From the IMG/VR virus record IMGVR_UViG_3300044716_000140, positions 1,338 to 65,337 of that record: a stretch of 64,000 nt of DNA; one strand, 5' to 3'. The DNA comes from a virus. Taxonomy: Duplodnaviria > Caudoviricetes. The notes beneath the pieces are model-generated. The model saw only the letters and a program-made list of their open reading frames with translations. It made no database searches and was not told where the DNA came from. This document shows, piece after piece, positions 30,401 to 37,287 of this stretch. Numbering within the stretch: position 1 is the stretch's first letter; each line of letters opens with the position of its first letter. A program made the position numbers and the translations under genes.

Positions 30401-31211
30401 AGAAGCGAAAAAACTTACCCAAGAATCAACTGATAAAGAAGAAATTAAAAAATTAAAAGATTTAATTAAATCAAAAGAAAAAGATATAGAGATAGCTCAA
30501 TCAAAATTTGATAAATTTATTGAAACTTCTGATGAAGAATTAATTAAACAAGTAATAACAAAATACAAAACTTCTTACACAAGATTTAAGGGCGGAACTG
30601 GCAGCGAAAACAATTTCATCAAAAATCAAAAAGCATTGAATGAATTTAAACAAACAAAATCATTCAAAAATCTGCTAAAATTAGTTAAAAATAAACAACT
30701 AATAAGTTTGGATGATACTTTCAAGGGAAGAAAAGCATCAATTGCTCAAATTTTAGGACTTACTATTGATGATTTCAATGTTGATAATATTCTTAATGAA
30801 ACAATGGATTTCAAAAACGGAAGAATTAATCAGATTGTTGGCAGCGTTGAACTTTCCAGAAATCCAGATTTGATGGCAGTGTATTTAGGTGATGATCCTA
30901 ATCAAGCAAAACGCATGACTGCACAAGAGGCAAGGGCGGCAGCGCAATTGAAATCTAATCCAAACTTTGTTCCGCACGAAGCATATTCTTGGGCAATGCT
31001 TGGGCCAGTTGATGGAAATTATTTTTTGAATTCAAATCCAAAAACACATTTGGAATACTTCCCTGATTTCAAAGAAGCATACGCAAACATTCAAGACGAT
31101 GCTGATAAAAAGAAAAAAATTCTTGAAGGAAACGAAACGACGCTGATGGGTGCAATAAGAGACAACACTCAAATGCCTCTTGCAATGCCTGCAATTTCTG
31201 CTAAAAAATAA
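24459..31211 (+). CDS. giant polyvalent ejection protein (~2250 aa) with zincin HEXXH and ADP-ribosyltransferase-like domains
   Basis: LVHETSH near 26820; AYHGTPFEVDKF...IGTGEGAQAYGWGLYF...GIPGIRYLD...NYVVFD at 28731-29640. The ORF track gives TTG 24444; ATG 24459 is more likely. Confidence 0.75.
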   Translation: MASILDEIKAEVEAELSQQPQEEKPASVLEDVKQEVSAEPQQTPVEEPKADFFESAERWLEPAPTQKSSGDIFLGLISNKRSNELDDEEKGLFNALSDEEQYKVAQSRKDIPLNDAQARRIFEVEKSKMPSIPTSWEDWYNLGGDAWDVVKNVSKLGAKVGLGAAEFGRDVVKATDMTVSDEEAANNIKKAKGSFYSFMAPAFEIPESVAWATAKAQEGGFGWADAAGEKLGLVNPEDRFERWKGRRLVSQAQAEYFREHPTVYSRMLDNPLAKDALSYIAKSQMESPEELAVRDNISVEEAKAQQDAMAREQIDNLTSDMESELPEENARVRIAGEFLLPGELGMGTMGAVSAVAKAGTGIAKGLKYIGKSADEIAEINKAAQTLRKSEFAEMLRKRTERAEAVAQGAGKIEKAIERFKPAAEKVNKVLGNITAPVLGGVAGYSVYEESPMTGILSGVLGGVAARGVLKGTKVGLEIPTFVREVAEARKVAPLGKTFETLGKSAEGSALKAKILSRGGKTIDNILSNSVEYAKTGIHGTTLALATGALESADPEEMKQMLADGLAITLGGRALQHIKGKMMGNDPIIEQRERISDDSRIHRRYQEADPETQANLDQISDFDNAISARETKLNESESDLANLMAAYKGSAEDARKIKLAQSEVEKNKIALDQVKRANVQTRNEFGREFLKTYANLQDITNGVMKSGQNNVGFNVLSTDQIYQKLRNDPANSNVPDADLAQMASQAGFYSNPAQQGLAFDRRKPSIVINADSIRERIKLFGESPTEALVHETSHFMDVVPEFQEALAPVRSMLFQNEIRDAAGNIKATTSGIFSKAKLVELFNDGYLRHLDPQGREAFSKLNKLWDESRGQLDENKVANYMKSEVMADLLGEVSSRHLANDLDSATLAMWDRARIKAKKNLLDRAINRFYGLGGRGDIVTAANTRAEFPPEAMAAARDAMRQIVSLNGEISPPAQEADMPAISKAQMMKNSALIERFGKDSPLFKTEFKVKVFDKDGNQVGESMPVTTPNPREGTFQSTDVGMKKLSGYGDIPAEAQGLQVPEGGTLVVSRDLVMEPDGVTPVMYDAKDAKKIDADRKKLITEALDTDDYGTPNRFEPVAEGSETYRGTFTPAQIQAIKDMPESLVPRTLKEHMLKVNDAIARGDGTRFIVDYAAVMNDKGKYQAFSPKMYDLVPIGMHLSKKGNFLVTTISVGRIFDKMRLWNERMPGRLRFWDNNLERTFDDFSKYLNNWQQGKAGETGLDADPQVALQKKNIFNDLLNLYDKGTEFTNLDRTTIPRKKGDPRNKDANRTIMSIRVDHIAELIPNENATKLPVNYGFAKINFMPERMEGEVPTQEPTIGEKTEIYPKIGRPTISEKPKSSEMIGADTIKPADLQTSAKPEADSVIKPFSNVLVSSAGLINFLPAYHGTPFEVDKFKLANIGTGEGAQAYGWGLYFAQARKVAEEYARVLANRDLTGYKNAQLNAKDIVSRLGGNAEYAAEILRDQLQSIPENSLNFTRISDTLKMIETGEYAKDLEAQGNLYKVDIDVKDEDLLDWDKPLSEQPESVRDAITAIINERIPKEIADSAIENMEAKGGSLYALISDSFGESAQGTPEKRASEALLEAGIPGIRYLDQQSRATTGGNILGVWQGEQRMMEDKGRGKWFARVQVKDRSVAFQNAPTSVSTTSMPFNTREEAQAWAEKKISEGTYNYVVFDENLITILDKNDKPVAGELPTKQPLGGIQFMPQRPVGKTQAGYDYTYLDQAMARGKDGRVALTRPVRADEALPLLSQRIPITEQVDKDSFDYTRPAEVVFYQHENKPVSFKYDPELIEKPVFKDIATEHAGKNVQLAMADRQTATGGDMGGIIFPWLKSNANAIIIGDDGIKYRAVWGNNEWKPVFSMKNKNINFNASNLLTYLMGEDAHASNTREVRVISNEIENSKISRNQKDLFLILANIGVKKQKRADQQKNIKSANDSIEEAKKLTQESTDKEEIKKLKDLIKSKEKDIEIAQSKFDKFIETSDEELIKQVITKYKTSYTRFKGGTGSENNFIKNQKALNEFKQTKSFKNLLKLVKNKQLISLDDTFKGRKASIAQILGLTIDDFNVDNILNETMDFKNGRINQIVGSVELSRNPDLMAVYLGDDPNQAKRMTAQEARAAAQLKSNPNFVPHEAYSWAMLGPVDGNYFLNSNPKTHLEYFPDFKEAYANIQDDADKKKKILEGNETTLMGAIRDNTQMPLAMPAISAKK

Positions 31212-31215
31212 AACC

Positions 31216-31419
31216 ATGAATAAATACACAGGAATCCAATATTGGGAAGAAGCAGACAGACCATCAAAATTGTCTGAAGAAATAGGTGAAACAGTTTATC
31301 CATGTGGTGATGGAACCTACTATGCCGTTTCTTCATTTGCTCCAGAAGAGTCTCACTTTTTAGCCAGCGGAGCAAGTCAAGGTGATCCCGCATCAATTGC
31401 TGAAATAGAAAAAGACTAA
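31216..31419 (+). CDS. hypothetical protein
   Basis: ATG 4 nt after the giant gene stop. Confidence 0.55.
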   Translation: MNKYTGIQYWEEADRPSKLSEEIGETVYPCGDGTYYAVSSFAPEESHFLASGASQGDPASIAEIEKD

Positions 31420-31421
31420 TT

Positions 31422-31562
31422 ATGCCACTACGAAAATGTGCCTCGCAAAATTGCTTCACTCGCAATTTGAAAACTGAAATCAAATCTGGCAAGCCCATCA
31501 AGCAGGCTCTTGCCATCGCATACAGCGTCCAACGCAAGGCGAAAACCAAGAAGAAAAAGTAA
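31422..31562 (+). CDS. small basic phage protein, 46 aa (absent from the ORF track)
   Basis: MPLRKCASQNCFTRNLKTEIKSGKPIKQALAIAYSVQRKAKTKKKK; GKPxKQAxAIA motif recurs in phages. Confidence 0.7.
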   Translation: MPLRKCASQNCFTRNLKTEIKSGKPIKQALAIAYSVQRKAKTKKKK

Positions 31563-31577
31563 CGGATTGTTTTTCTA

Positions 31578-31676
31578 ATGACGATTCACACTTGGACAAT
31601 TTTGGTGATTGCTACGGCATCGTTTATTGCTGGTGGTTTCTGCATTGCCGCTGCTTGCTGGTGGGACGATAAATGA
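31578..31676 (+). CDS. 32-aa single-TM peptide
   Basis: MTIHTWTILVIATASFIAGGFCIAAACWWDDK; ATGA overlap with the next gene. Confidence 0.5.
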   Translation: MTIHTWTILVIATASFIAGGFCIAAACWWDDK

Positions 31677-32302
31677 TCACGCTTAAAAATATTGATCCAG
31701 TTGCCATGCGGTATGCGACAACTGGTGACTGGGAATGGTTGCCTAATGGTCATCTCAAATGTTCTGCTGCCGATTACGGCAACGAAGATGGCGCATTTCT
31801 CGTCAGCCTGCATCAGATGATAGAAGGGTGGCTATGCAACAAAGCTGGAATCCGTGAGGATGAGGTTAGCAATGATGTTGCCGAGCTTCAGACGGCAACG
31901 CAGATTGAGCGCATTGTGTGTGAGGCGGCAGGAATTGATTGGGACGAGCATAACAAGTGGGTGCTGCGAGCAAGCGACGAGGTCGAGCGCAAGCAAGGCG
32001 ATGAAGTTCCAGCAATCCTACTCAACGGGCCAAGATTTTGGGCTGAGTTGCACTTGCTTGGATTGCGTCACAAGTCAGGAAAAAATATGACTGGCTGGTT
32101 GAATGATTGGCGCGATTCACTTCCGTTCAACGGATGCCCATGCAAGGAACATCTTGACGAGTGGATGAGCGAAAATCCTCCAGACTGGAACAGATTTTTT
32201 GAGTGGGGTATTGACCTGCACAACGCAGTAAATATGCGGATTGGCAAGCCAACAATGGATGTTGAGAATGCGAAAGAATTATGGATGCAACGACACTTCT
32301 AA
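31673..32302 (+). CDS. two-domain protein with C-terminal Erv1/ALR-like FAD sulfhydryl oxidase domain
   Basis: GPRFWAELH...LPFNGCPCKEH...FFEWGIDLHNAVNMRIGKP matches the Erv pattern GxxxWxxLH / C..CxxH / HNxVNxxxGK. Confidence 0.8.
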   Translation: MITLKNIDPVAMRYATTGDWEWLPNGHLKCSAADYGNEDGAFLVSLHQMIEGWLCNKAGIREDEVSNDVAELQTATQIERIVCEAAGIDWDEHNKWVLRASDEVERKQGDEVPAILLNGPRFWAELHLLGLRHKSGKNMTGWLNDWRDSLPFNGCPCKEHLDEWMSENPPDWNRFFEWGIDLHNAVNMRIGKPTMDVENAKELWMQRHF

Positions 32303-32310
32303 AATAATTC

Positions 32311-32338
32311 TTGCCATGCGAAAATAACCGCATAGGAT
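32311..32338 (+). promoter_or_regulatory. candidate early promoter
   Basis: A/T tract then TTGCCA-16 bp-TAGGAT, before a run of small ORFs. Confidence 0.45.
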
Positions 32339-32349
32339 TCGCGGCTCAT

Positions 32350-32481
32350 ATGAACATCATCGATACATTCATCAATACACCGATCCTCGTTACGCTCCAG
32401 CACTGCTGGCAGGCATTCCTGTGCCTGTCTCCAATCGCGTTGCTCGCAGGACTAACACTTCTCATCACACAAAATGACTAA
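32350..32481 (+). CDS. 43-aa membrane peptide
   Basis: MNIIDTFINTPILVTLQHCWQAFLCLSPIALLAGLTLLITQND. Confidence 0.5.
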   Translation: MNIIDTFINTPILVTLQHCWQAFLCLSPIALLAGLTLLITQND

Positions 32482-32680
32482 ACACCGAGGTCAAAAACTA
32501 AAGATGCTTTCGGCCAAGGGTGCTGGAGACTCATCTGGCATGGAGGAGAAAGTAGACGCATGGTTGGTTAAACTCTCTGGTGAAGTTAGCAGGGCTTGCG
32601 ATAAGTTCTGGACAACTACAGATGAAAGACGCAGTGTTGACGGCCAATACCGCAAAAACAATCCATTTATAAACGAATAA
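32474..32680 (+). CDS. hypothetical protein
   Basis: ORF in a tightly packed run. Confidence 0.55.
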   Translation: MTKHRGQKLKMLSAKGAGDSSGMEEKVDAWLVKLSGEVSRACDKFWTTTDERRSVDGQYRKNNPFINE

Positions 32681-32683
32681 AAT

Positions 32684-32917
32684 ATGGCAAAAATAAATAA
32701 TCATCCTGCATTTCCCGTGCAGGCATACGCAGGAGATCAACACACACCGAAGGTTAGACCTAACTCTGGCATGGGAATGCGAGACTGGTTCGCTGGACGC
32801 GCACTGGAAGGCATATTGGCAAATCCAGATGAGGAGGCTATGGATGCTCCAGCGGAGGAAGTAGCTCAACTTGCATACAAGTTTGCAGACGCAATGCTGG
32901 AAGAACGGGAAAAATAA
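32684..32917 (+). CDS. conserved small phage protein
   Basis: PAFP...GMGMRDWFAGRALEG...AYKFADAML motif, widespread in phage early regions. Confidence 0.75.
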   Translation: MAKINNHPAFPVQAYAGDQHTPKVRPNSGMGMRDWFAGRALEGILANPDEEAMDAPAEEVAQLAYKFADAMLEEREK

Positions 32918-32920
32918 TTT

Positions 32921-33061
32921 ATGTCAACATCAGCAACCATTAAATTTGGAGGGCCAATGATTATTTCAAATGGTCAATCAAAGAAGAAGCTATCGAACAT
33001 GAATGTGTCGGTAGCCAAACCAAACAAAAAAACAAGCAAACTAAAATCAATAAAAAAATGA
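32921..33061 (+). CDS. 46-aa basic peptide
   Basis: Fills the gap exactly, with an ATGA overlap to the next gene. Confidence 0.45.
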   Translation: MSTSATIKFGGPMIISNGQSKKKLSNMNVSVAKPNKKTSKLKSIKK

Positions 33062-33309
33062 GCGAGCAAACAGAACCAACAGCAGAAGGATTCAGCGAGG
33101 ATCAGGTCAAGGCAATTGAACACGTCTTGAAGGACATTGACATTGACGCAGTATCAAAAGACGAAGTGTTCATTGATGTCATCAATCGTCTCAAGAGGTT
33201 CAATTTTGAGATGACAGTTGCTCTGTATCTACTCGAAAAGAAAACCATCTCGGACATGGCAAATGCCTCCGCAGAAACACCAGCGGAAGGCGACGAGAAG
33301 CCAGAATAA
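33058..33309 (+). CDS. hypothetical protein
   Basis: Acidic helical ORF. Confidence 0.6.
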   Translation: MSEQTEPTAEGFSEDQVKAIEHVLKDIDIDAVSKDEVFIDVINRLKRFNFEMTVALYLLEKKTISDMANASAETPAEGDEKPE

Positions 33310-33382
33310 ATTTAGACGTTTGGCGACGAAAATTAGTTGAAGTGCGTAAGTCCAATCCTCGCGCACTCATTTTTAAAAAACC

Positions 33383-33628
33383 ATGAGCATTATATCCGAT
33401 CACGCATCCGACATGAAAGACCTGTCCCACAATTGCCCATCGTGCGGCGTTGAGTGGGTTGACCACCGAGGCCCAACATCTCTCTGCGAGCGTCTACAAG
33501 AGTGCAAACGAGTCATTGCTGACTTGCTGCATTATGTAGAGCAACCAGACTACACACGCGACATTGGCGAGATGGAATGTTATTTCGACACCATCGAAGA
33601 CGCTGAAATTATCTTGGAGGAGTTCTAA
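33383..33628 (+). CDS. hypothetical protein with CxxC...H...C Zn-finger-like motif
   Basis: CPSCGVEWVDHRGPTSLC. Confidence 0.6.
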   Translation: MSIISDHASDMKDLSHNCPSCGVEWVDHRGPTSLCERLQECKRVIADLLHYVEQPDYTRDIGEMECYFDTIEDAEIILEEF

Positions 33629-33852
33629 TGGATTTTGATACACGAACACTAAAAATAGCAGTGATACCAAAAGGCGAAAAAATATTTAACAATCAGGTTA
33701 CGCAAGTTGAAATTGTTGACGAAGCTGCCGGAGAATATGTGGAGGTTTCTAAATGCAGTGAAAGTTATGATGGGAAAATTGGAATATGCAAATATGAATG
33801 GCCCGCAATTCGCGCAGCAATAGACAAGATGTTAAAGGAGTGCCGAGACTAA
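33628..33852 (+). CDS. hypothetical protein
   Basis: TAATG coupling at both ends; VEIVDEAAGEYVEV motif. Confidence 0.65.
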   Translation: MDFDTRTLKIAVIPKGEKIFNNQVTQVEIVDEAAGEYVEVSKCSESYDGKIGICKYEWPAIRAAIDKMLKECRD

Positions 33853-34019
33853 TGGACACCATCAAAAATTCGGAGTGGAGCAGGAACGGCAAGGGCGATG
33901 ATGAGCGTCCTATGGATCGTAAAAAGTTTCGTTCAAACTTTGACGAAATAGATTGGTCTGCTCATCGCAAAAGCAAGTCAGAAGACATAGTTCCATACGA
34001 AGACGACCGCAGAGCCTGA
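33852..34019 (+). CDS. small hypothetical protein
   Basis: NGKGDDERP...FRSNFDEIDW, a recurrent phage mini-protein motif. Confidence 0.6.
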   Translation: MDTIKNSEWSRNGKGDDERPMDRKKFRSNFDEIDWSAHRKSKSEDIVPYEDDRRA

Positions 34020-34176
34020 TTTGATCAGCGTTTGCGAGCGTCAATCTTTTTTTACAATTATTTTTCTACGCTGAAAAAAATTGTTGCGCAGTGTTTATGC
34101 GGTTCTGCGAGCATTGATGTCCGCAGATGTAGATTCCATGTGGTTCTACGGGTTTGAAAAAAAGTTTAAAAAAAAC

Positions 34177-34204
34177 TTTACATCGAAAAGCCGTGCTGTA
34201 GTTT
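34177..34204 (+). promoter_or_regulatory. candidate early promoter of the recombination operon
   Basis: A-tract UP element, then TTTACA-16 bp-TAGTTT. Confidence 0.5.
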
Positions 34205-34260
34205 TGATTTCAAGCAGACGGCACAACGCCAGAAGCGCAATAAATAAATACATACATACA

Positions 34261-34476
34261 ATGAATCCACTACTAAACGAAATCCACGATCTGTTCGCAT
34301 TCCAGCTCAAGCAAGCACAGCGGCATGATCTCGACGAAATCCGAATCACAGTGCCTCGCGCAAAATCGTTCTGCAATGCAATCCGAATTGCCAAGCACCA
34401 TGAACGGGTTAGTAAAGAATCGCATCCAGCAAGAATCTTCCACAACTGGGCAACAGTTCAGATGTCCGCAAAATGA
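34261..34476 (+). CDS. hypothetical protein
   Basis: ATG follows an A-rich leader (AAATAAATACATACATACA). Confidence 0.6.
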   Translation: MNPLLNEIHDLFAFQLKQAQRHDLDEIRITVPRAKSFCNAIRIAKHHERVSKESHPARIFHNWATVQMSAK

Positions 34477-34616
34477 GTGCTGAATTCGCAGTCACTTTAT
34501 TCTTGCTCTGCATTGGAAGCTGCTATGCTTGCTTCCGATTGGGGCAAGAAAATGTCCTTCATCAATTCCGCAATTATTGCGACAAACAAGACCAAAACAA
34601 AACAACCAAAAAATAA
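34473..34616 (+). CDS. 47-aa membrane-anchored peptide
   Basis: MSAEFAVTLFLLCIGSCYACFRLGQ...; ATGA overlap. Confidence 0.5.
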   Translation: MSAEFAVTLFLLCIGSCYACFRLGQENVLHQFRNYCDKQDQNKTTKK

Positions 34617-34622
34617 ATACAT

Positions 34623-35405
34623 ATGAGTAACGCAATCGTAGTTCACAACCAGTCCGTGTCGGACATCGAAACAATGGCAAAAGCCATTACCAAGTCTGGC
34701 CTGTTCGGGATCAAATCTCCAGAGCAAGCAGTAGCACTTATGCTTGTTGCTCAAAGCGAAGGCAGGCATCCTGCTAGCGTAGCCAGCGAGTTTGACATCA
34801 TCCAAGGTCGTCCTGCATTGAAGTCACAAGCCGCACTGGCTCGCTTCCAAGCAGCAGGCGGCAAGATTCAATGGACAAGCCGAGGGCCAAGCAAATGCTC
34901 CGCGAAGTTCGCTCACGCTCAAGGTGGAGAGCTTGAGATAACTTGGACAATGGAACGCGCAAATGCCGCTGGACTCACTGGCAAGGCAACATGGCGGCAG
35001 TATCCAGACCAAATGCTTTCCGCTCGCGTTGTCGCTGAAGGTGTACGTGCAGTATTTCCTGCCTGCTTGAATGGAGTCTACCTTGCTGAAGAGGTGCAGG
35101 ACTTCGACAGCAAGCCAACAAACATTAGGACATCAGCACCAGTTGTCATAAAGGAAGCAACACCAGTTGCGGTTGAGATGGTGTCTATCGAGGACGCTCC
35201 AGAAATCTCGTGGGACGCTGGAAACTGGTATGATGGCATCAAGGCAAAAATTGACCCTGTTGCAGATGCTGCGACTCGTTTCCTTGCTGCTAAGGGACAA
35301 CTCACAGATGGACAATCATGGACTGACCTTGGTGAAGGCGCATACCGCCAACGCATTTTGGAAGCAACTGACAAGTTCATCGCTGCTTTGGAGGCATTCA
35401 AATGA
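34623..35405 (+). CDS. RecT/Redbeta-like single-strand annealing protein
   Basis: SGLFGIKSPEQAVALML...IIQGRPAL...WRQYPDQMLSAR...GVYLAEEV; adjacent to the exonuclease. Confidence 0.8.
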   Translation: MSNAIVVHNQSVSDIETMAKAITKSGLFGIKSPEQAVALMLVAQSEGRHPASVASEFDIIQGRPALKSQAALARFQAAGGKIQWTSRGPSKCSAKFAHAQGGELEITWTMERANAAGLTGKATWRQYPDQMLSARVVAEGVRAVFPACLNGVYLAEEVQDFDSKPTNIRTSAPVVIKEATPVAVEMVSIEDAPEISWDAGNWYDGIKAKIDPVADAATRFLAAKGQLTDGQSWTDLGEGAYRQRILEATDKFIAALEAFK

Positions 35406-36415
35406 TCCGTCACTCATCACTGCCTAAGTTAGAACAGTGCGCTTGCTACGAATCCGCTGGAGGTGACTCTCCAGCGGCAGCAAGAGGCACACGGATGGAC
35501 GAGGCATTCCGCTTCGCGCTATCTGGAGACGCAAGCAAACTTGACGCTCTGGAGCATGGCGAAAAGATGGCAGTTGATTGGGCAGTCAACCAAGTGCGTT
35601 TAATTGCTGAAGGCGAAATTATCATCTCAGAGGAATCTGAACTCAAAGTTCAAACACCGGGACTTGAGCATATCGGAACAGAGGATTCACGCATCCCATC
35701 GAAATGCATGAGCCTTGATCTAAAGTCAGGTCAAATCCATGATTACTTTTCGCAGATGGCGGCATACGCATATGGCAATATGGAACGCGACTTTGCTCCA
35801 GAATGGACTTGCCGCTTGTTGTTCTGCGATCAAAGACGTGTGGTGACACATACGTTTACATACGAGCAAGCGAAGATGGTTGTAGAAAACATTCTGGAGG
35901 CCGTTGCCGATCCAGAGAAGAAACCAACTCCGTGTGAATATTGTGGCTGGTGTAAAAATAAAGAAGAGTGCCTTGCACTTGGCAAGGCAGCATCCGAGAC
36001 ACTGGAGATCGTTGATAGCGATTTAAAAGCCAACCTCGCGCAACTGAAGAAGTATCTGGCAGACTCGCCAGAAACGCTCGCGGCATTTATTACAAAGGCA
36101 ACAATCTTTAATGATGAGTTGGTAGATTGGGCAAGGGAACTTGCAAAGGAAAAACTTTTCGATGGCGAAGAAATACCCGGTTACAAGTTGCAGAAAGTCA
36201 AAGGAACAGATTACATAGATCCAACTCAAGTTGCCAGAGCGTTGTCAACATCTGGAGCAACGATGCAGGAAGTTGTTAAGTTCCTCGGAGATAAAGTAAA
36301 AGCATTAGATATGCGAGATTTTCTTGACAATCGTCAATGCGATTTTCAATTTGATGTCATTCAAGGAAAAGGATATACTAAATTAACTACAGACAAGAAA
36401 AAGAAGCACAATTAA
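35402..36415 (+). CDS. PD-(D/E)XK exonuclease (Cas4/DUF2800-like)
   Basis: GTED...DLKSG...QMAAYA and a C-terminal PCEYCGWC...C cluster. Confidence 0.8.
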   Translation: MIRHSSLPKLEQCACYESAGGDSPAAARGTRMDEAFRFALSGDASKLDALEHGEKMAVDWAVNQVRLIAEGEIIISEESELKVQTPGLEHIGTEDSRIPSKCMSLDLKSGQIHDYFSQMAAYAYGNMERDFAPEWTCRLLFCDQRRVVTHTFTYEQAKMVVENILEAVADPEKKPTPCEYCGWCKNKEECLALGKAASETLEIVDSDLKANLAQLKKYLADSPETLAAFITKATIFNDELVDWARELAKEKLFDGEEIPGYKLQKVKGTDYIDPTQVARALSTSGATMQEVVKFLGDKVKALDMRDFLDNRQCDFQFDVIQGKGYTKLTTDKKKKHN

Positions 36416-36434
36416 TAAATAAATACATAAATAC

Positions 36435-36728
36435 ATGAATATCAGACAACGAAATAAATGGCTTGATGGTTTTAATCTCCGCATTAAAACTCAAGAAGAA
36501 TGGATTGAAGACATTATGAAAGTGCCAGCATATGCTCGCGCATTAGTTGCTCGCATGATCTGGTGGGACTATGCCAGCGAAAAGTTGAGCAAGGACAAAT
36601 GGGAAAAGTTTGACCAGTTCCTTGTTCCTCCATACGACGATGTATCTCCACGAGCATTGATCAATGGATTGATAATTTGCGGATACACTAAAGACCGCGC
36701 CAATACCAGAGTAAGGAGGGCAGCATGA
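36435..36728 (+). CDS. hypothetical protein
   Basis: ORF follows an A-rich leader. Confidence 0.6.
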   Translation: MNIRQRNKWLDGFNLRIKTQEEWIEDIMKVPAYARALVARMIWWDYASEKLSKDKWEKFDQFLVPPYDDVSPRALINGLIICGYTKDRANTRVRRAA

Positions 36729-36859
36729 ACATATATCAAAAAATTTGGTTTGATTATTACAAAACATTTAACGCAGATGAAAAATATAAAAAATATGACA
36801 AATTTTTATATGATTATTTAGTAAAAAATTCTAATTCAGATAAAAGGAGGACAAAATGA
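36725..36859 (+). CDS. 44-aa AT-rich peptide
   Basis: SD-like AGGAGG upstream; ATGA overlaps at both ends. Confidence 0.45.
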   Translation: MNIYQKIWFDYYKTFNADEKYKKYDKFLYDYLVKNSNSDKRRTK

Positions 36860-37158
36860 TGGGCGGTTACAATCTCAAGGAAGCTGGATGCGCCAAAGTC
36901 ATCGATAACACTCCCGATGACTGGAAGGAAGCAACGCTTGCAATCATAAAGGCAATGGCATCCAGCGGCATGACATTCCATGCAGAAGATGTCCGCAAGC
37001 TCGCTGGTGATCCACCTAACCATCCAAACGCATTCGGTGCTATATTCAATGTAGCGCAACGATTGAAGTTGATCGTCCGTGTTGGTGACATAATCGCCAA
37101 ACGCGACAACGCACACGCAAGGAGAATTTCGCTTTACAAAGGCGCACGTTACGCTTAG
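36856..37158 (+). CDS. hypothetical protein, winged-helix-like
   Basis: FHAEDVR...PPNHPNAFGAIF...HARRI. Confidence 0.65.
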   Translation: MMGGYNLKEAGCAKVIDNTPDDWKEATLAIIKAMASSGMTFHAEDVRKLAGDPPNHPNAFGAIFNVAQRLKLIVRVGDIIAKRDNAHARRISLYKGARYA

Positions 37159-37161
37159 ATT
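37133..37161 (+). promoter_or_regulatory. promoter of the replication operon
   Basis: TTTACA-17 bp-TAGATT. Confidence 0.55.
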
Positions 37162-37181
37162 AGTGTAGCTTCAGTTGAAGC

Positions 37182-37284
37182 GCATCGCTTAGAACCCGAT
37201 GTCAAAAACACCCAAACAATTTCCCTCGCCTCATGGCATTGTCGTTTGATAATGCGGTTCTACTTGAGGCGAGGGTTTTCTTTT
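37182..37284 (+). promoter_or_regulatory. structured leader/attenuator (kissing pseudoknot plus terminator-like hairpin)
   Basis: Hairpin loop TAGAACC (37190-37196) is complementary to GGTTCTA (37256-37262), which lies inside the stem CCCTCGCCTCA/TGAGGCGAGGG, followed by TTTTCTTTT. Confidence 0.7.
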
Positions 37285-37287
37285 ATT

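Noticed and set aside
33981-33995. AAGACATAGTTC resembling the group I intron S element
   Set aside because: It lies in a coding ORF, with no matching R element or P7 partner and no interrupted gene.
35402-36415. Cas4 as part of a CRISPR system
   Set aside because: No cas genes or array are present. Pairing with an annealase indicates a recombination exonuclease.
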